From assembly GCF_006345805.1 (NCBI RefSeq), contig NC_043009.1, positions 34,906,001 to 34,970,000 on the forward strand: a stretch of DNA of 64,000 nt, given 5' to 3'. The translations under genes and the position numbers were made by a program. Source of the stretch: Octopus sinensis (Eukaryota). The notes beneath the pieces were generated by a model that did not search any database, was not told where the DNA came from, and saw nothing but the letters and a program-made list of their open reading frames with translations. Shown here piece by piece: positions 1 to 12,169 of the stretch (position 1 is the stretch's first letter; the number at the start of each line of letters is the position of its first letter).

Positions 1-108
1 CACAGGCTGAGAATCTGTGTTTGTTAAAGGTGACATTATAGAATTTTACACATAATTTCACTTCAGGTAGTTGAGGTAAGCCAATACATACAGGTGGAGG
101 ATTCTTCA
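1..108 (-). CDS. Gene A exon 4, truncated by window edge (VKNPPPVCIGLPQLPEVKLCVKFYNVTFNKHRFSAC...)
   Basis: Acceptor ttctatcttccAG at 109-110. NPPPxC motif; 18/36 aa identical to gene B exon 4. Confidence 0.9.
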
Positions 109-131
109 CTGGAAGATAGAAAAGAAGGATA

Positions 132-171
<40 letters not shown>

Positions 172-269
172 GAAATAATGATAATAATAATAATAATAAC
201 AAAAATGATAATAATAATGATTAAGTGGATGTGAGAGCCTTCCACAAAAAGAATACAAATGCTGCCATG

Positions 270-800
270 GCAGTGTGAATACAAATTGGCTTTTGTGCCA
301 TAAATACCAATATGAAGTAACAGAGAACTGGTATGAGCATGTACCAAGTAAAATTACACAGGAAGATGGAAAAGTAACGATACTCTGGAACTATGGTTTT
401 CAGATAGATTATGTAATCGAAAACTGTCGGCCAGATATTGTCATATTGAATAAGAGAGACAAATACTGTCAGAATGTTGTGAGTAAAGAGGTTGAAATAA
501 TCACCAAGTACTCAGAATTGAAAGTGGACATGGCAAGACTGAATGGAATACGAGAGGGTAATGTAAAAGTGATATCAGTGGTAATTGAAGTGTTGGGCTA
601 AATCCCATTGAAACCTCAAGACGTCTTAAGGTAACTGGAAATCTCATGCAAAATTGATGTTGTGCAAAAAGCAGCCATATTGGGCACAGTGCACATCTTA
701 AGGAAAGTATTATCAGTCTGAGGTCCTTGTTGTGACTTGTCAGATGACTAAAGATTCTGGTGCATGTTTACTTACACTGTGTAATGAAGGAATAATAATA
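270..800 (+). mobile_element. R4/Dong-like RLE non-LTR retrotransposon, 3' fragment in a (TAA)n tract
   Basis: WYEH..P..TILWN..FQID....RPDIVI and C-terminal VQKAAILGTVHILRKVLSV*. Flanked by (AAT)n at 130-219 and about 791-820. Confidence 0.8.
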
Positions 801-899
801 ATAATAACCATAATAATAATAGACAAAAAGAGTACGACGCAATTTGTAATAGATTGTTTATTTAATGGTTTGAATGATATTTCAACAGATCTTCAGGTT

Positions 900-3000
900 C
901 AAAATGTAAAATGAAAATAACTGCAGAAACACAGAAATTCAAAATATAAAGAAAGAAATCTTGCATTCCTATTTCAATAGAATAACATCATCAGTTTTTA
1001 ATTCCATATTTGGTAAAAGGAAAAAGAAGAAAGAAAAAAGAAAAAAAAGGAAAAGGAATATTTTGTCAAACAGTTTCGTGTAAATGTGATGAAATTCACC
1101 TATCATTTTATTAATTCCTCCAGGACATGACGCTAGTAATTCACAAATATATTTGCTCCCATGCATTTCAAGGACTGAAAAAGTTGTAGAGTGAATATTT
1201 TCTGAGAATGTGCACTTTTTGGTGTTCCGCAAAATTGCAATCGTTTCATGTAAAATGTTCTATCAAACTACTGCTGTTGTGTCTGAAGTTATACCTGTGC
1301 CCATGGAAACTTTTGTTAAATTGTTATGTTGTACAACCAACATAAATTATATTGTGTTTATAGCATTCTGTTGTGTACACTAAATGGAAATCTTTACAAG
1401 TCTATTTAAATCATAACATTTATGTTATGATTTGTGATGAAATTGACTTGGCTCATGTTGTTGCATAATGAACAGGGCTTACCTCTCTTGCAGCTGTTTG
1501 TCAAGGTACAGTATTCAGAAACTTCAATAGTAGGTTTTTTGCGGTCAGAGGTAGCGGTTAAAATTTCTTTTATATTTTTATTGCATCTAAAAGCTACAAT
1601 AAGCATCTGGGGGAATATATGTTTGAAACAAGGATATTTTCCTGCCAGATGCTGGTATCTTTCATGCAACACTTTTGAAATGCCAGTGAAATTTCAGTGT
1701 CAGCTAATCACTGATGGAAGTCTATCACAAATTTTACTTTGGTTGCTAAAATTATGCTTGTAAATTTGACTTTACTCTCTCTTTTACTTGTTTCAGTCAT
1801 TTGACTGCGGCCATGCTGGAGCACCACCTTTAGTCGAGCAAATCGACCCCGGGGCTTATTCTTTGTAAGCCCAGTACTTATTCTATCGGTCTCTTTTGCC
1901 AAACCGCTAAGTAACGGGGACGTAAACACACCATGTGGTTGGTTAGCAAGCTACTTACCACACAGCCACTCCTGCGCCTATCCTTGTAAATTTTAGCTAT
2001 GTCATTTGTGATTTCCTTTAATCATAAAATGTTGTACAAAAGCATTTGCAGGTTTCCCCCATAGCAGTACAAATCTGATTTATACTAAAAAATTGGGATT
2101 TTGGATTTGACCTAATTATATGATGTGGATGATTCGAGTGGCAGTGGAGGTAAAAGCAGGATAATGTGGGCTTGGAAAATAACTCTGTCTCCAGAAAACT
2201 TTTGTGTCCAAAAACTCAATATTAGTTTTTGAAAAACTAGATGTAAGCTTTCTATTGGACTTAAAGCCATAGTTTTTAGCATAACAATCACAGAAATACA
2301 AGAAGTTAACTGAACTGTCCTGTGATCCTCCTCAGATGTAAAATACATCTTCAATGAACCATAATCAGAATATTGGTTCATGACCAAGCAGGGATTTAAA
2401 TGTCATCATTAAGTGTGGTGATAAAAGTTTTGTCCAAATGTCATTGTGTTACATTGTAACACAAACTACAAAGAAAATTAGATGGAATACTTTTCTGTGA
2501 CCATTCTTTAAAGGCATTCATGCATGCTTCCACCCATTCATCATGGTCAATATCGGGGTAGAGTGAAGAAACATTGATAGTTACCAAAAAAACAGATTTC
2601 AACAGAACTTTGGTGTTCAGAAAAGTTGTTAATTGTAGACACAAAATCAAAAGTATCCCAAACATAGGAACGAGATCTTTTTGCTACAGAGAGTAGAGAG
2701 CTATTCTGAAATTTTGACTGTACAACATTCATATCCACCGCAAATTGAGTGCATTGGAGGACATTTTTCAAACATTTTGTATATTTTGGGGAGACCATAA
2801 AGTACAGATGTTTTTTGTTCTCACTGTAAAATCCTGGATTCAGTCTTATTTATGAAATTATTTTCCTCCATTTCCAGAATTATTTTGTCAAGTTCCTCTC
2901 ACTAATTCTTCATATAAAGTTTTGTCACTTAAAACTTTTTCGCAAGCTGAAACAGGAACACAGGATTACTTCATTTACATTTTAAATTTGTGTTTCTGCA
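900..3000 (-). mobile_element. Degenerate Penelope-like element (RT + GIY-YIG), probably Neptune-type
   Basis: LYGLPKIYK; LVTINVSSLYPDIDHDE; IEFLDTKV; VAFRCNKNIKEILT followed by CKRGKPCSLC. Many stops and frameshifts. Confidence 0.8.
1771..1972 (-). mobile_element. tRNA-derived SINE (family 1, internally deleted) inserted in the PLE
   Basis: Reverse complement of the head and tail of the SINE at 40764-41155. Confidence 0.8.
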
Positions 3001-3007
3001 GTTATTT

Positions 3008-4890
3008 CATCATCATCATCGTTTAATGGCTGTTTTCCATGCTGGTATGGGTTGCACGGTTTGACAAAGGACTGGCTCCAATCTGATCTGGCAAGGTTTC
3101 TACAGCTGGATGCCCTTCCTAATGCCAACCACTCTGAGAGAATAGTGGGTGCATTTTATGTGCCACCAGCATCGGTGCCAGTCAAGTGGCACTGCATTGG
3201 CCACTACTATGATTTCACTTGGCTCAACAATTCTTTTCAAGCACAGCATATTGCCTGATGATTTAAGGATACTTTTAAACAGGCCAGTTATGCAAGGCTG
3301 GCATCAGCCATGGCTATGATCTCACTTGGCTTGCCAGGTCTTTTAAAGCACAGCAAATCTCCAAAGGTCTCGGTTACTTGTCAGTGACTCTGTGAGGCCT
3401 AATGTTTGAAGGTTGTGCTTTGCCACCTCATCTCATGTCTTCCTGGGTCTACATCTTCCACAGGTTCTCTCCACTGTTAGGGTGTGACACTTATTCGCAT
3501 AGCTGTCCTCATCCATATGCAACACATGACCATACCAGCATATCTGATGCTTCTTATGCTCAACTTTTCTCTCAGGGTGCTAACACTGTCGTGTATGCAC
3601 ACTGACATACAGTGGAGCATACTAGTTTCATATTTCATTCAAGCCTACGCATGTCCTCAGCAGTCACAGCCCATGTTTCACTACTGTATAGCATGGCTGT
3701 TCGCACACAAGCATCATACAGTCTACCTTTTACTCTGAGAAAGTGGCCCTTTGTTACCAGCAGAGGTGGGAGCTCAATGAACTTTGCCCAGGCTATTCTT
3801 ATTCTAGTAGCTATGCTCTCAGAGCATCCACCTCCACGACTGACTTGGTCATGTAGGTAATGGAAGATATCAACTACTTCTAGTTTTTTCCCTTGGTATG
3901 TGATGAAATCTGTATTCTGTGCATTTTTGGTGTTTATTGCCCCTGTTCATCTGTCACACACAAAAACTATCTTCCCGGTTAACCCTCCTTTGATATTGCT
4001 GTACTTCTTATGTGTCCATAGCTTACACTGGGGACATCTTATGGAGTTTCTACCTATGTCTTTTCTGCAGATTGAGCAGGGCCATCCATCTGAAGGAATT
4101 TGTGATTTATCTGCCTTCTTACTAAGACATTAGTTTTTGCTAGATTGATTCTAAGGCCCTTCGATTCTAGACCTTGCTTCCACACCTGAAGCTTCTCTAG
4201 TTCTGGTAGAAACTCAGCTATTAGAGCAAGGTCATCAGCAAAGAGGAGTTCCCAGGGGCAGCCTGTCTTGAATTCCTTTGTTATTCCCTGGAGGACTATG
4301 ATGAATAAGAGGGGTTCTGAGGACTGATCCTTGGTAAACCCTCACTTCTACCAGGAATTCTTCACTATACTCGTTGCCAACCCTCACCTTACTGACAGCA
4401 TCCCTGTACATGGCTTGTACAGCTCTCAGCAACCACTCATCTATTCCTAGTTTCCACATTAACCACCAGAGAAGGGATTGGGGCACTCTGTCAAAGGCTT
4501 TCTCTATGTCAATGAAAGCCAAGTACAGAGGTTTGTCCTTGGCTAGCAACTTCTCCTGCAGCTGTCTTACCAGAAATATAGCATCAGTGGTGCTTCTCCC
4601 TGGCACAAACCCAAACTGCATCTTGTCTAGACTAACTCTCACCCTAATTAGTTGGGCTATGGCCCTCTCCATGACATTCATCTCCTGATCCAATAATTTG
4701 ATACCTCTGTAGTTATTCCTATGTAATGCATCACCTTTACCTTTGTAGCAGTTGACTATGGTACTGCTACAACAGTCATTGGGTATGACTCCTTCATGTG
4801 TTACCTGGTTGACTATACGGGTGACTAGATTATAGCCTACACTGCCAAACCTGAAGAAGACATGACTTGTTGAGATATCATTCAAACTGT
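3008..4890 (-). mobile_element. RTE-clade LINE, 5'-truncated
   Basis: ORF 4235-4885 with YKGKGD..YRGIKL, QFGFVPGRSTTDAIF, FIDIEKAFDRVP, QGSVL. (GAT)n tail at about 3008. Confidence 0.9.
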
Positions 4891-4989
4891 TAAATAAACA
4901 ATCTATTAGAAATCACATGGCACTCTTCTTATTGTCTATTTACCTTCATGAAGAGTTATGTCAATCTTTATAAATTATTATCATTATTA

Positions 4990-5200
4990 TGGGTGTAGAC
5001 CTAGAAAGACATGGGATGAGGCAAAGTAGAGGGTTGGGCCTCACAGAGGCAAAGTGGCTGAGTTTCTTTTGAGTGTTGGGCCTCATAGAGGCAATGACCA
5101 AAGTCTTTGGCATTATGTTGAGTTTGAGAAGAAGACCCATCAAGCCAAGCAAAATTGCAGTCATGGCAGATACCGGTGTCATGCAGATAAAATAATAACA
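4990..5200 (+). mobile_element. RTE 3'-end fragment
   Basis: RPRKTWDE motif followed by RTE-type 3' UTR sequence also seen at 6955-7100. Confidence 0.6.
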
Positions 5201-5224
5201 ATAATAATATCTTTGGGGTTTGGA

Positions 5225-5880
5225 TAATTCACATTTGGAAATGTGTGTGTTTCGTTCAACCTCCTCAAACAACCCTTATTCAGGGACCTTTTGAGCAGGA
5301 TGGGCTACTTGACCTGCAGAAAATTCTAACAGGACCCCACCTGCAAGGTCATGCGCTGTTTATCTTGATATCAGATCACAGTGTCATGCATATATGGTTG
5401 TGATGCATGTACCTGGTGTACCGTTATCAGATAGGTAGTCATGATGGATATACTGAGCTTCATATATTTTACCCCAGTGTCACTTTGATGGCATGCACCG
5501 CTCTCTCACTCAATAATTATAATAATAATGTATTGGTATAAAAGATGAGTTACAGCAAATATTCTGCTCAATACCACAAATTTACTTGTCAGTTACTTGA
5601 CCATAACCAATGAACCTTAGTGACTGATATGTGCATCTGTGATCACAAGCAGGAGTAGTGGTGGAACATCATAGCCATGTTGAGAGGAATTCTATGGAAC
5701 TTGAATAATTCACCTCTGGAAACATGGTATGAACACAAACAACAGAGAGTGGCTGTGTCAGAAACCTGTAAAACCTGGTGGGATTTCCCAGTTCAAACAG
5801 ACCAGGTGCTTGAGCACAAGCCAGACATTGTAGTGGTGGACAAAGTGAAACACATGTATAACTGATGTTGTGTGCTTCTT
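5225..5880 (+). mobile_element. Two partial copies of the (AAT)n-flanked element (see 53587-54069), the second fused to R4-type RLE coding sequence
   Basis: 5225-5510 matches the 3' half and 5530-5715 the 5' half of 53587-54069. Then WYEHKQQ..WWDFPVQTD..EHKPDIVVVDK. Confidence 0.7.
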
Positions 5881-6341
5881 TAACCCACAAATAGTTAAGA
5901 CGGAAGGCAAAATAGTAGACATAAATAATCTACACAACATTGAAAAAGTAATGAAAAAACAACATAAGTTGGATAATGCAGTCCAAAATACACTATATCA
6001 GAATAACTGGTATACCGTCATTAGGTCAAGGTTGACTCACAGCTACACATTAATAATATCAACATACAAAGACAAACAAATGAGGCATCCTCTACATAGT
6101 TACTTGACTTGCTAGAAACAGCAGCTGATTTCTCCTCAAATCATATTCAAAGACTTAAATAACAAAGGAGAGATGTTAGACTATGTAACCCCACATACAC
6201 CTAAAAACCAGGATGGCCATTGCTAGGAAGCTTCCAGTCATATAGTAGGTTGCCAGAACAGAGTTGGCCTGAGGTTGAATTAGCAACATAAGCAATAGAC
6301 AAGGTAAGTTATAGGTCATTAAAATAATTAGTTCTTCTCAC

Positions 6342-6434
6342 CTGATACAGAATATTCATAAATAGTCTTGTTATCCCAGAGTAACTCGACTTCAGCTCCA
6401 ATGTCTTCTCGTAAATAAGAAAGTTTAATACAAG
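6342..6434 (-). CDS. Gene A exon 3 (ACIKLSYLREDIGAEVELLWDNKTIYEYSVS)
   Basis: Acceptor ctcttctttccAG, donor TCAG|GTGAGA, 93 nt, phase 1-1. 20/31 aa identical to gene B exon 3. Confidence 0.92.
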
Positions 6435-6649
6435 CTGGAAAGAAGAGAAACATTGTCATTTGCAATAGTAAAGGCAAATACTTATTGACTGAATGTATTC
6501 AGTGGCAGATGTGTGTGCATTTTTGATGGTGTGTATGCATCATTGATTTTGCATACATGCAGGCATGTGTGTATGTGTGGGGGTGCATGTTTTTTAGTGT
6601 TTGTGTGTGAGCATTCTTCTCACTTGTTCACAGATTATGGCTGTCAACA

Positions 6650-6905
6650 TCATCATCATCATCATTTAGCGTCCGCTTTCCATGCTGGCATGGGTTGGAC
6701 GGTTCAACTGGGGTCTGGGAAGCCAGAAGGCTGCACCAGGCCCAGTCTGATCTGGCAATGTTTCTACGGCTGGATGCCCTTCCTAACGCCAACCACTCCA
6801 TGAGTGTAGTGGGTGCTTTTTACATGCCACCGGCACAGGTGCCAGACGAGGCTGGCAAACAGCCATGATTGGATGGTGCTTTTTACGTGCCAATGGCGCT
6901 GTATG
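6650..6905 (-). mobile_element. RTE-tail non-autonomous element or truncated RTE
   Basis: (CAT)n end and near-identity to 3010-3200. Confidence 0.7.
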
Positions 6906-6954
6906 TCCTATTTTGTTCTTATCCCTCAAAGAAATATTGAATTCATCCATACAT

Positions 6955-7595
6955 ATGTTGGGCCTCACAGAGGCAATGACAAGAGATTGAGACCTCTGGA
7001 GATATGCTGTAGCCTATACCAGTGTTACATAACTAGCCCATTTAAAAAGTACCCTTGAATCATCGGGCAACATGCCGTGCTTGAGGAAACCTACTGAGTC
7101 ATGTAAAATCAAAAATCAAAATCAAAATCAGAGTCTCAATCAAATTGAAATCGTAGTTCTGGCTGATGCCACTGCTACCTGACTGACTCCTGTGCTGGTG
7201 GCATGCAATAAGCACCATTCATGCATGGGTCATTGCCAGTGCAAAGGTTCACTGGCTCCCCATGCAGGTGGCACATAAAAAGCACCATCCGAACGTGGTC
7301 AATGCAAGCCCCACCACCCTGACTGGCTCCTGTGCTGGTAGCACGTAAAAAGCACCATCCGAACGTGACCAATACCAGTGCTGCCTGACTGGCTCCCGTG
7401 CCAGTGGCACATAAAAAAGCACCCACTACACACTTGGAGTGGTTGGCATTAGGAATGGCATCCAGCTGTAGAAACATTGCCAGATTAGATTGGAGCCTGG
7501 TGGAGCCTCCTGGCTTGTCAATCCCCAGTCAAACAGTCCAACTCATGCCAGCATGGAAAAACGGATGTTAAATGATGATAATGATGATGATAATG
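6955..7595 (+). mobile_element. RTE-tail element with internal repeats and (GAT)n tail
   Basis: Reverse-complement similarity to 6650-6905; ends aaaacggatgttaaatgatgat. Confidence 0.7.
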
Positions 7596-7972
7596 TACTT
7601 ATTCACACATACATCCATCTACCTATAAATATAGATGTGTTTATGTATACACATACATATGCACACGTGCACATATTTACATGTATCTACCCAAGCATAT
7701 GTTGGTGGAAGGGCATACATATCTGGGCTCAGATGGTAGAAGTGTGGTAATTCCTAATTCTTCTATACTTTACAGTATAAACACCAGAAGAAAATCTTTG
7801 CTCACCAACTGAATAAACCAGCAAGAAAAAGCTTCAACCAAAATGAATTTTATAATACCTACCTAAAACAGACACACACATATGCACACCTAAAAAGACA
7901 CACAAAATCTGGATTGCTCTAAGTAAGCTTTTTCCATTCATGTATGTATACATATAATCATCATCATCATCA

Positions 7973-8024
<52 letters not shown>

Positions 8025-8486
8025 AATACAGAAACATCTATATACACACATTTTATTTAGGTCAATCTGTATATCTTTTGTCATTGGACTGCGAACATTA
8101 TGAGGCACCCACTTAAGGGGGTTTAGTCAAAATAATTGACCTAAAGACATTTTTTTTTAATGTCTGGTACTTATTTTATTGCGTTGTTTTGCCGAACTGC
8201 TAAGTTACAAACCATCAGTAAACAAACCATCATCAGTTGTCATACAGTGGTAGGAAACAAACAGTAAGAAAAATACGTCTGTCTGGTTATTGGGTTATTT
8301 ATATTTATTTCAGGAAACAGGGAAGAGAAGGATGACATCAGTGTGACTTGATTAAATAGGAAGGTGATGTGGTGGAAGAAAATGATAGCGGTGATGATGT
8401 TGGTGGGAGTCAGTGATGGTGTGGTAGAAAGTTATGTAACAGAGAGAGAGATGGAAAGAATTTAATGTTAAAGAAATATCTCTTAC

Positions 8487-8654
8487 CTGTCTCATTAATT
8501 TTCAAAGATTTTACATAGATGTGCTTACAACATTCCCATGTGTCATTGAAAGTGACGCAGGACTGAAGATCGGTCTCAATCAGGCCTTTGAATGCTTCCT
8601 TATTTAACTGCAGGCCAATAGATTTCCACAACTTTGAGTTTATATTTGCAGATA
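8487..8654 (-). CDS. Gene A exon 2 (SANINSKLWKSIGLQLNKEAFKGLIETDLQSCVTFNDTWECCKHIYVKSLKINET)
   Basis: Acceptor catttAG, donor ACAG|GTAAGA, 168 nt, phase 1-1, open. Paralogous to 27792-27965 (SAN..LWKS..DTWECC..IYVK.L.IN). Confidence 0.9.
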
Positions 8655-9264
8655 CTAAATGACATTCAAAGTAAAGGAAATGGAAAAGTTAGTGAAATAT
8701 GAAATATAAAAAAACACATGGTTCATGTAAAAAACAAATAATACACAATATAATACATATAAAAAATATATACAGCTATATTGACTCAGTTTTCAAAATA
8801 GAAGCATGTGTGTGTATGTGTGTATGTTTGTGCATGTGTGCACAAGTATAAACTTGTACGTACATATATATGACAGCCAACCCATTGCACATATGATTAT
8901 TGCTCCTGGAAAAAAAACTCTGAGAAAATTGCAGAAGGTAGGTTAAGTACAAAATCGATAGTACTTTCTGATTGAGATATATAATAGTTACAAGTATCAA
9001 TACATCGTATAGAGAAAATACTTGCTCAACCTATGAAATCCTTGCCTGTGGTAGAATTTCTTTGTCAATGCCAAACACACATGGACTGAAGAAAACAGAG
9101 TATAGGATAGCATAGTTCACAGGAAAACTTAGTTACTTAATTAATAATACTGAATGGACATAAGTATTGACTTCTAGAAGTGATCATTTGTAGCTAAAGG
9201 TAAAGTGTTTTACTTTTATGTACCACAATATTGTAACTGAAGTATCTCTATTTAAATTTATACT

Positions 9265-9495
9265 TCAAAATTTACCTACCATTAGACACATAGGTTTATG
9301 AAACATGAAAAAATTGTGAACTGATTGGTAACCTTTTTGTGTTCTATATCTTTTGGATGTAGAACTGTCCATTTCAGTACTTGAATTTATAAATTGATTG
9401 CTTAATCTCTTTTGATTTCTCATCTCACCCTCTCCTTTTGGCATAAAACAGTCAAATGTGAAAAAGAAGGTTTTCTCTTTCTCTCCATGTCTCAC
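9265..9495 (-). mobile_element. hAT (Buster/Charlie-like) transposase N-terminal remnant
   Basis: SKRYRTQKGYQSVHNFF..KPMCL resembles the KRKY..Y...GF...P.C start of the BED finger. Confidence 0.35.
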
Positions 9496-9597
9496 ACACT
9501 TACTCTCTCTATTGATCTATGTGTGTACATGAGAATATATCTATAGAAAGCTTAAAGATATATACTCAAGCACACACACACATACACATATATGTGA

Positions 9598-9927
9598 AGA
9601 TGCATGGCTCAGTGGTTAGAGCGTCGAGCTTACGATCGTGAAGATGTGAGTTTAAATCCCAGACCGGGCTGTGTGTTGTGTTCTTGAGCAAGACACTAAA
9701 TTTCACGTTGCTCCAGTTCACACAGCTGTAGAATTGAGTTGCGACATCACAGGTGCCAAGCTGTATCTGCTGTTGCCTTTCCCTTGGATAACACTGGTGG
9801 CATGGAGAGGGGAGGCCGGTATGCATGGTATGCTGGTCTTCCATAAACAACTTTGCCCGAACTTGTGTTTGGGAGGGTAACTTTCTAGGTGCAATCCAAC
9901 AGTCAGTCATGACTGAAGGAGGTCTCA
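9598..9927 (+). mobile_element. tRNA-derived SINE (family 3)
   Basis: A box TGGCTCAGTGG, B-box-like GAGTTTAAATCC, central ttgagcaagacact. Confidence 0.7.
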
Positions 9928-10187
9928 AGATATATATGTATGCATATTACCTCAATACATCTGACTAATATAGGCAGAATGAGATACCTTTATCTACAGG
10001 CTGAAACAGCTGTAAGATCCATTTTATGTGTATCATTCTTATGGTATTATTATCTTACATATTGATGTATATTGCTTTGTTTTGTTGGATTTGGATGTTC
10101 CTATTTATGTAGTTAATAAATAATATGAATTGGTAGTATCTGTAAGTCGATGATTGAAATGAATCTGTTCCTCCAATTTCTTATTTG

Positions 10188-10268
<81 letters not shown>

Positions 10269-10355
10269 TATAGATATTTGAATGATTTTGTCAGGTGGTG
10301 CTATTAAGTTAAACATGGCCTGAGCCAATACTGGCTGAAACCTATCAAAGTATAT

Positions 10356-10397
<42 letters not shown>

Positions 10398-10439
10398 AGA
10401 ACAAAGTGTACGTACACAGCTATATATATATATATATAT

Positions 10440-10660
10440 AAAATAAAATACAAAATGGGACAAGAACGCAAAACATTTGGACAACTAGGTGATACAAAAG
10501 GGGACAACAAAACATCCAGATAGACGATACAAAAAAAAACATGGACAGGTCATTCGAAGCCTTTTATCTTCAGTCAAGAACCGGATCATCCTCGCAATTT
10601 CTGCTGATTGATCTTGAGATTGCTCCAATCTGGCCAGTCCCGGATCATTCTCTATGTCCC
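10440..10660. mobile_element. TA-microsatellite-flanked repeat, probable PLE pseudo-LTR derivative
   Basis: Abrupt start after (TA)n, internal short repeats (gatacaaaa), degraded CTGAAGA..GAA motif on the minus strand. Confidence 0.3.
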
Positions 10661-11177
10661 ATATATAGATATAATGACTTATAGATCGATGGTATTAATA
10701 CAATCTCTCCTTTTCTTTCCCAATTCTTTATTTCTGCATAGAATTTTACACCCCTTTTTCCCTTCCTTTTTTTATATCTCATTATCTCTCTCCCTATCTG
10801 TCTCTCTCTGAATATAGACAGGAGAAATGGCCAACAATCACACTAAAGATGTCTTAAAACTGGGGAAGTGCAGAGATGAAATCATTTTTGAGAGGCTGGC
10901 AAATATCTGAAAGGGGCAATCCCAAGTAATATAATGGCAGCACTAATGACCAATGTTTATACAAGGACCACAGCTCAGATAGAGTGAAAGAATCAAGGAG
11001 TCATCCATTCCTATGCTCTCATCAGACCTCATTTAGCATCCATGACACCATCTTTGAAAACAAATGCAAAATAGATGATAAGGATGGAGATACTGATATA
11101 AGTGAGAGATGTTCCCCTGGCTCAACTGACCCACAAGGGAACAAAGATCAAACCATGAGTAAGAGACCTGCCAAGAA

Positions 11178-11412
11178 AAGGCAGCGAGCTGGCAAAATTG
11201 TTTGCACGCCGGGCGAAATGCTTAGCGGTATTTTTTCTGCCATTACGTCCTGAGTTCAAATTCCACCAAGGTCGACTTTGCCTTTCATCCTTTTGGGGTC
11301 GATTAAATACGTACCAGTTACACACTGGAGTCGATATAATAGACTTAATCCGTTTGTCTGTCCTTGTTTGTCCCCTCTGTGTTTAGCCCCTTGTGGGTAG
11401 TAAAGAAATAAG
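11178..11412 (+). mobile_element. tRNA-derived SINE (family 2)
   Basis: B box GAGTTCAAATTCC; reverse complement of 41925-42152. Confidence 0.85.
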
Positions 11413-11439
11413 AGACCTGCCAAGGAAGGAGACACCAGC

Positions 11440-12165
11440 ACTAATGGCCCTTCCACCACCAATGTGAACAACTAAACAGACATGGCCATATCAGCGCAGT
11501 CGTCTCTCTTGCACACCACATCTGATGCTTCTTAGGTCCAACTTTTCTCTCAAGGTACTAACACTCTGTCGAGTATGCACACTGACATTACACATCCATC
11601 AGAGCATACTGACTTCATTCCTTGAGAACTTTCGCATGTCCTCAGCAGTCACGGCCCATGTTTCACTGCCATGTAGCATGGCTGTTTGTACACATGCGTC
11701 ATACAGTCTACCTTTTATTCTGAGCGAGAGGCTCTTTGTCACCAGCAGAGGTAAGAGCTCTCTGAACTTTGCCCAGGCTATTCTTATTCTAGCAACTACA
11801 TTTGAAGTGTACTCTCCCCTGCTATTAACTTGGTCACCTAGGTAACGGAAGCTATCAACTACTTCTAATTTTTCTCCCTGTAATGTGGTGGAAGTTGCTC
11901 TCTGCACATTTTCAGTGTTTATTGCTCCTGAGCATCTGCCACATACAAAAACTATCTTCCCAGTTAACCTTTCTTTGGTATTGCTGCACCTCTTATGTGT
12001 TTATAGCTTACACTGGTTACATCTTATAGAGTTTCTACCTACGCCTTTTCTACAGATCGAACAGGGCCATCTACCGGAAGGGATTTGTGGTTTGCCTGCC
12101 CTCCTACTTATTAGGACTTTGGTTTTAGCTAGGTTGATTGTAAGGCCCTTCGATTCTAATCATAT
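11440..12165 (-). mobile_element. RTE LINE fragment
   Basis: LEVVDSFRYLGD..ARIRIAWAKFRELLPLL..LHGSETWAV; similar to 3480-4150. Confidence 0.85.
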
Positions 12166-12169
12166 ACTG

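Noticed and set aside
955-1000. Hammerhead at the 3' end of the large PLE (minus CTGATGA..GAAA)
   Set aside because: The position fits, but stems I-III cannot be paired convincingly.
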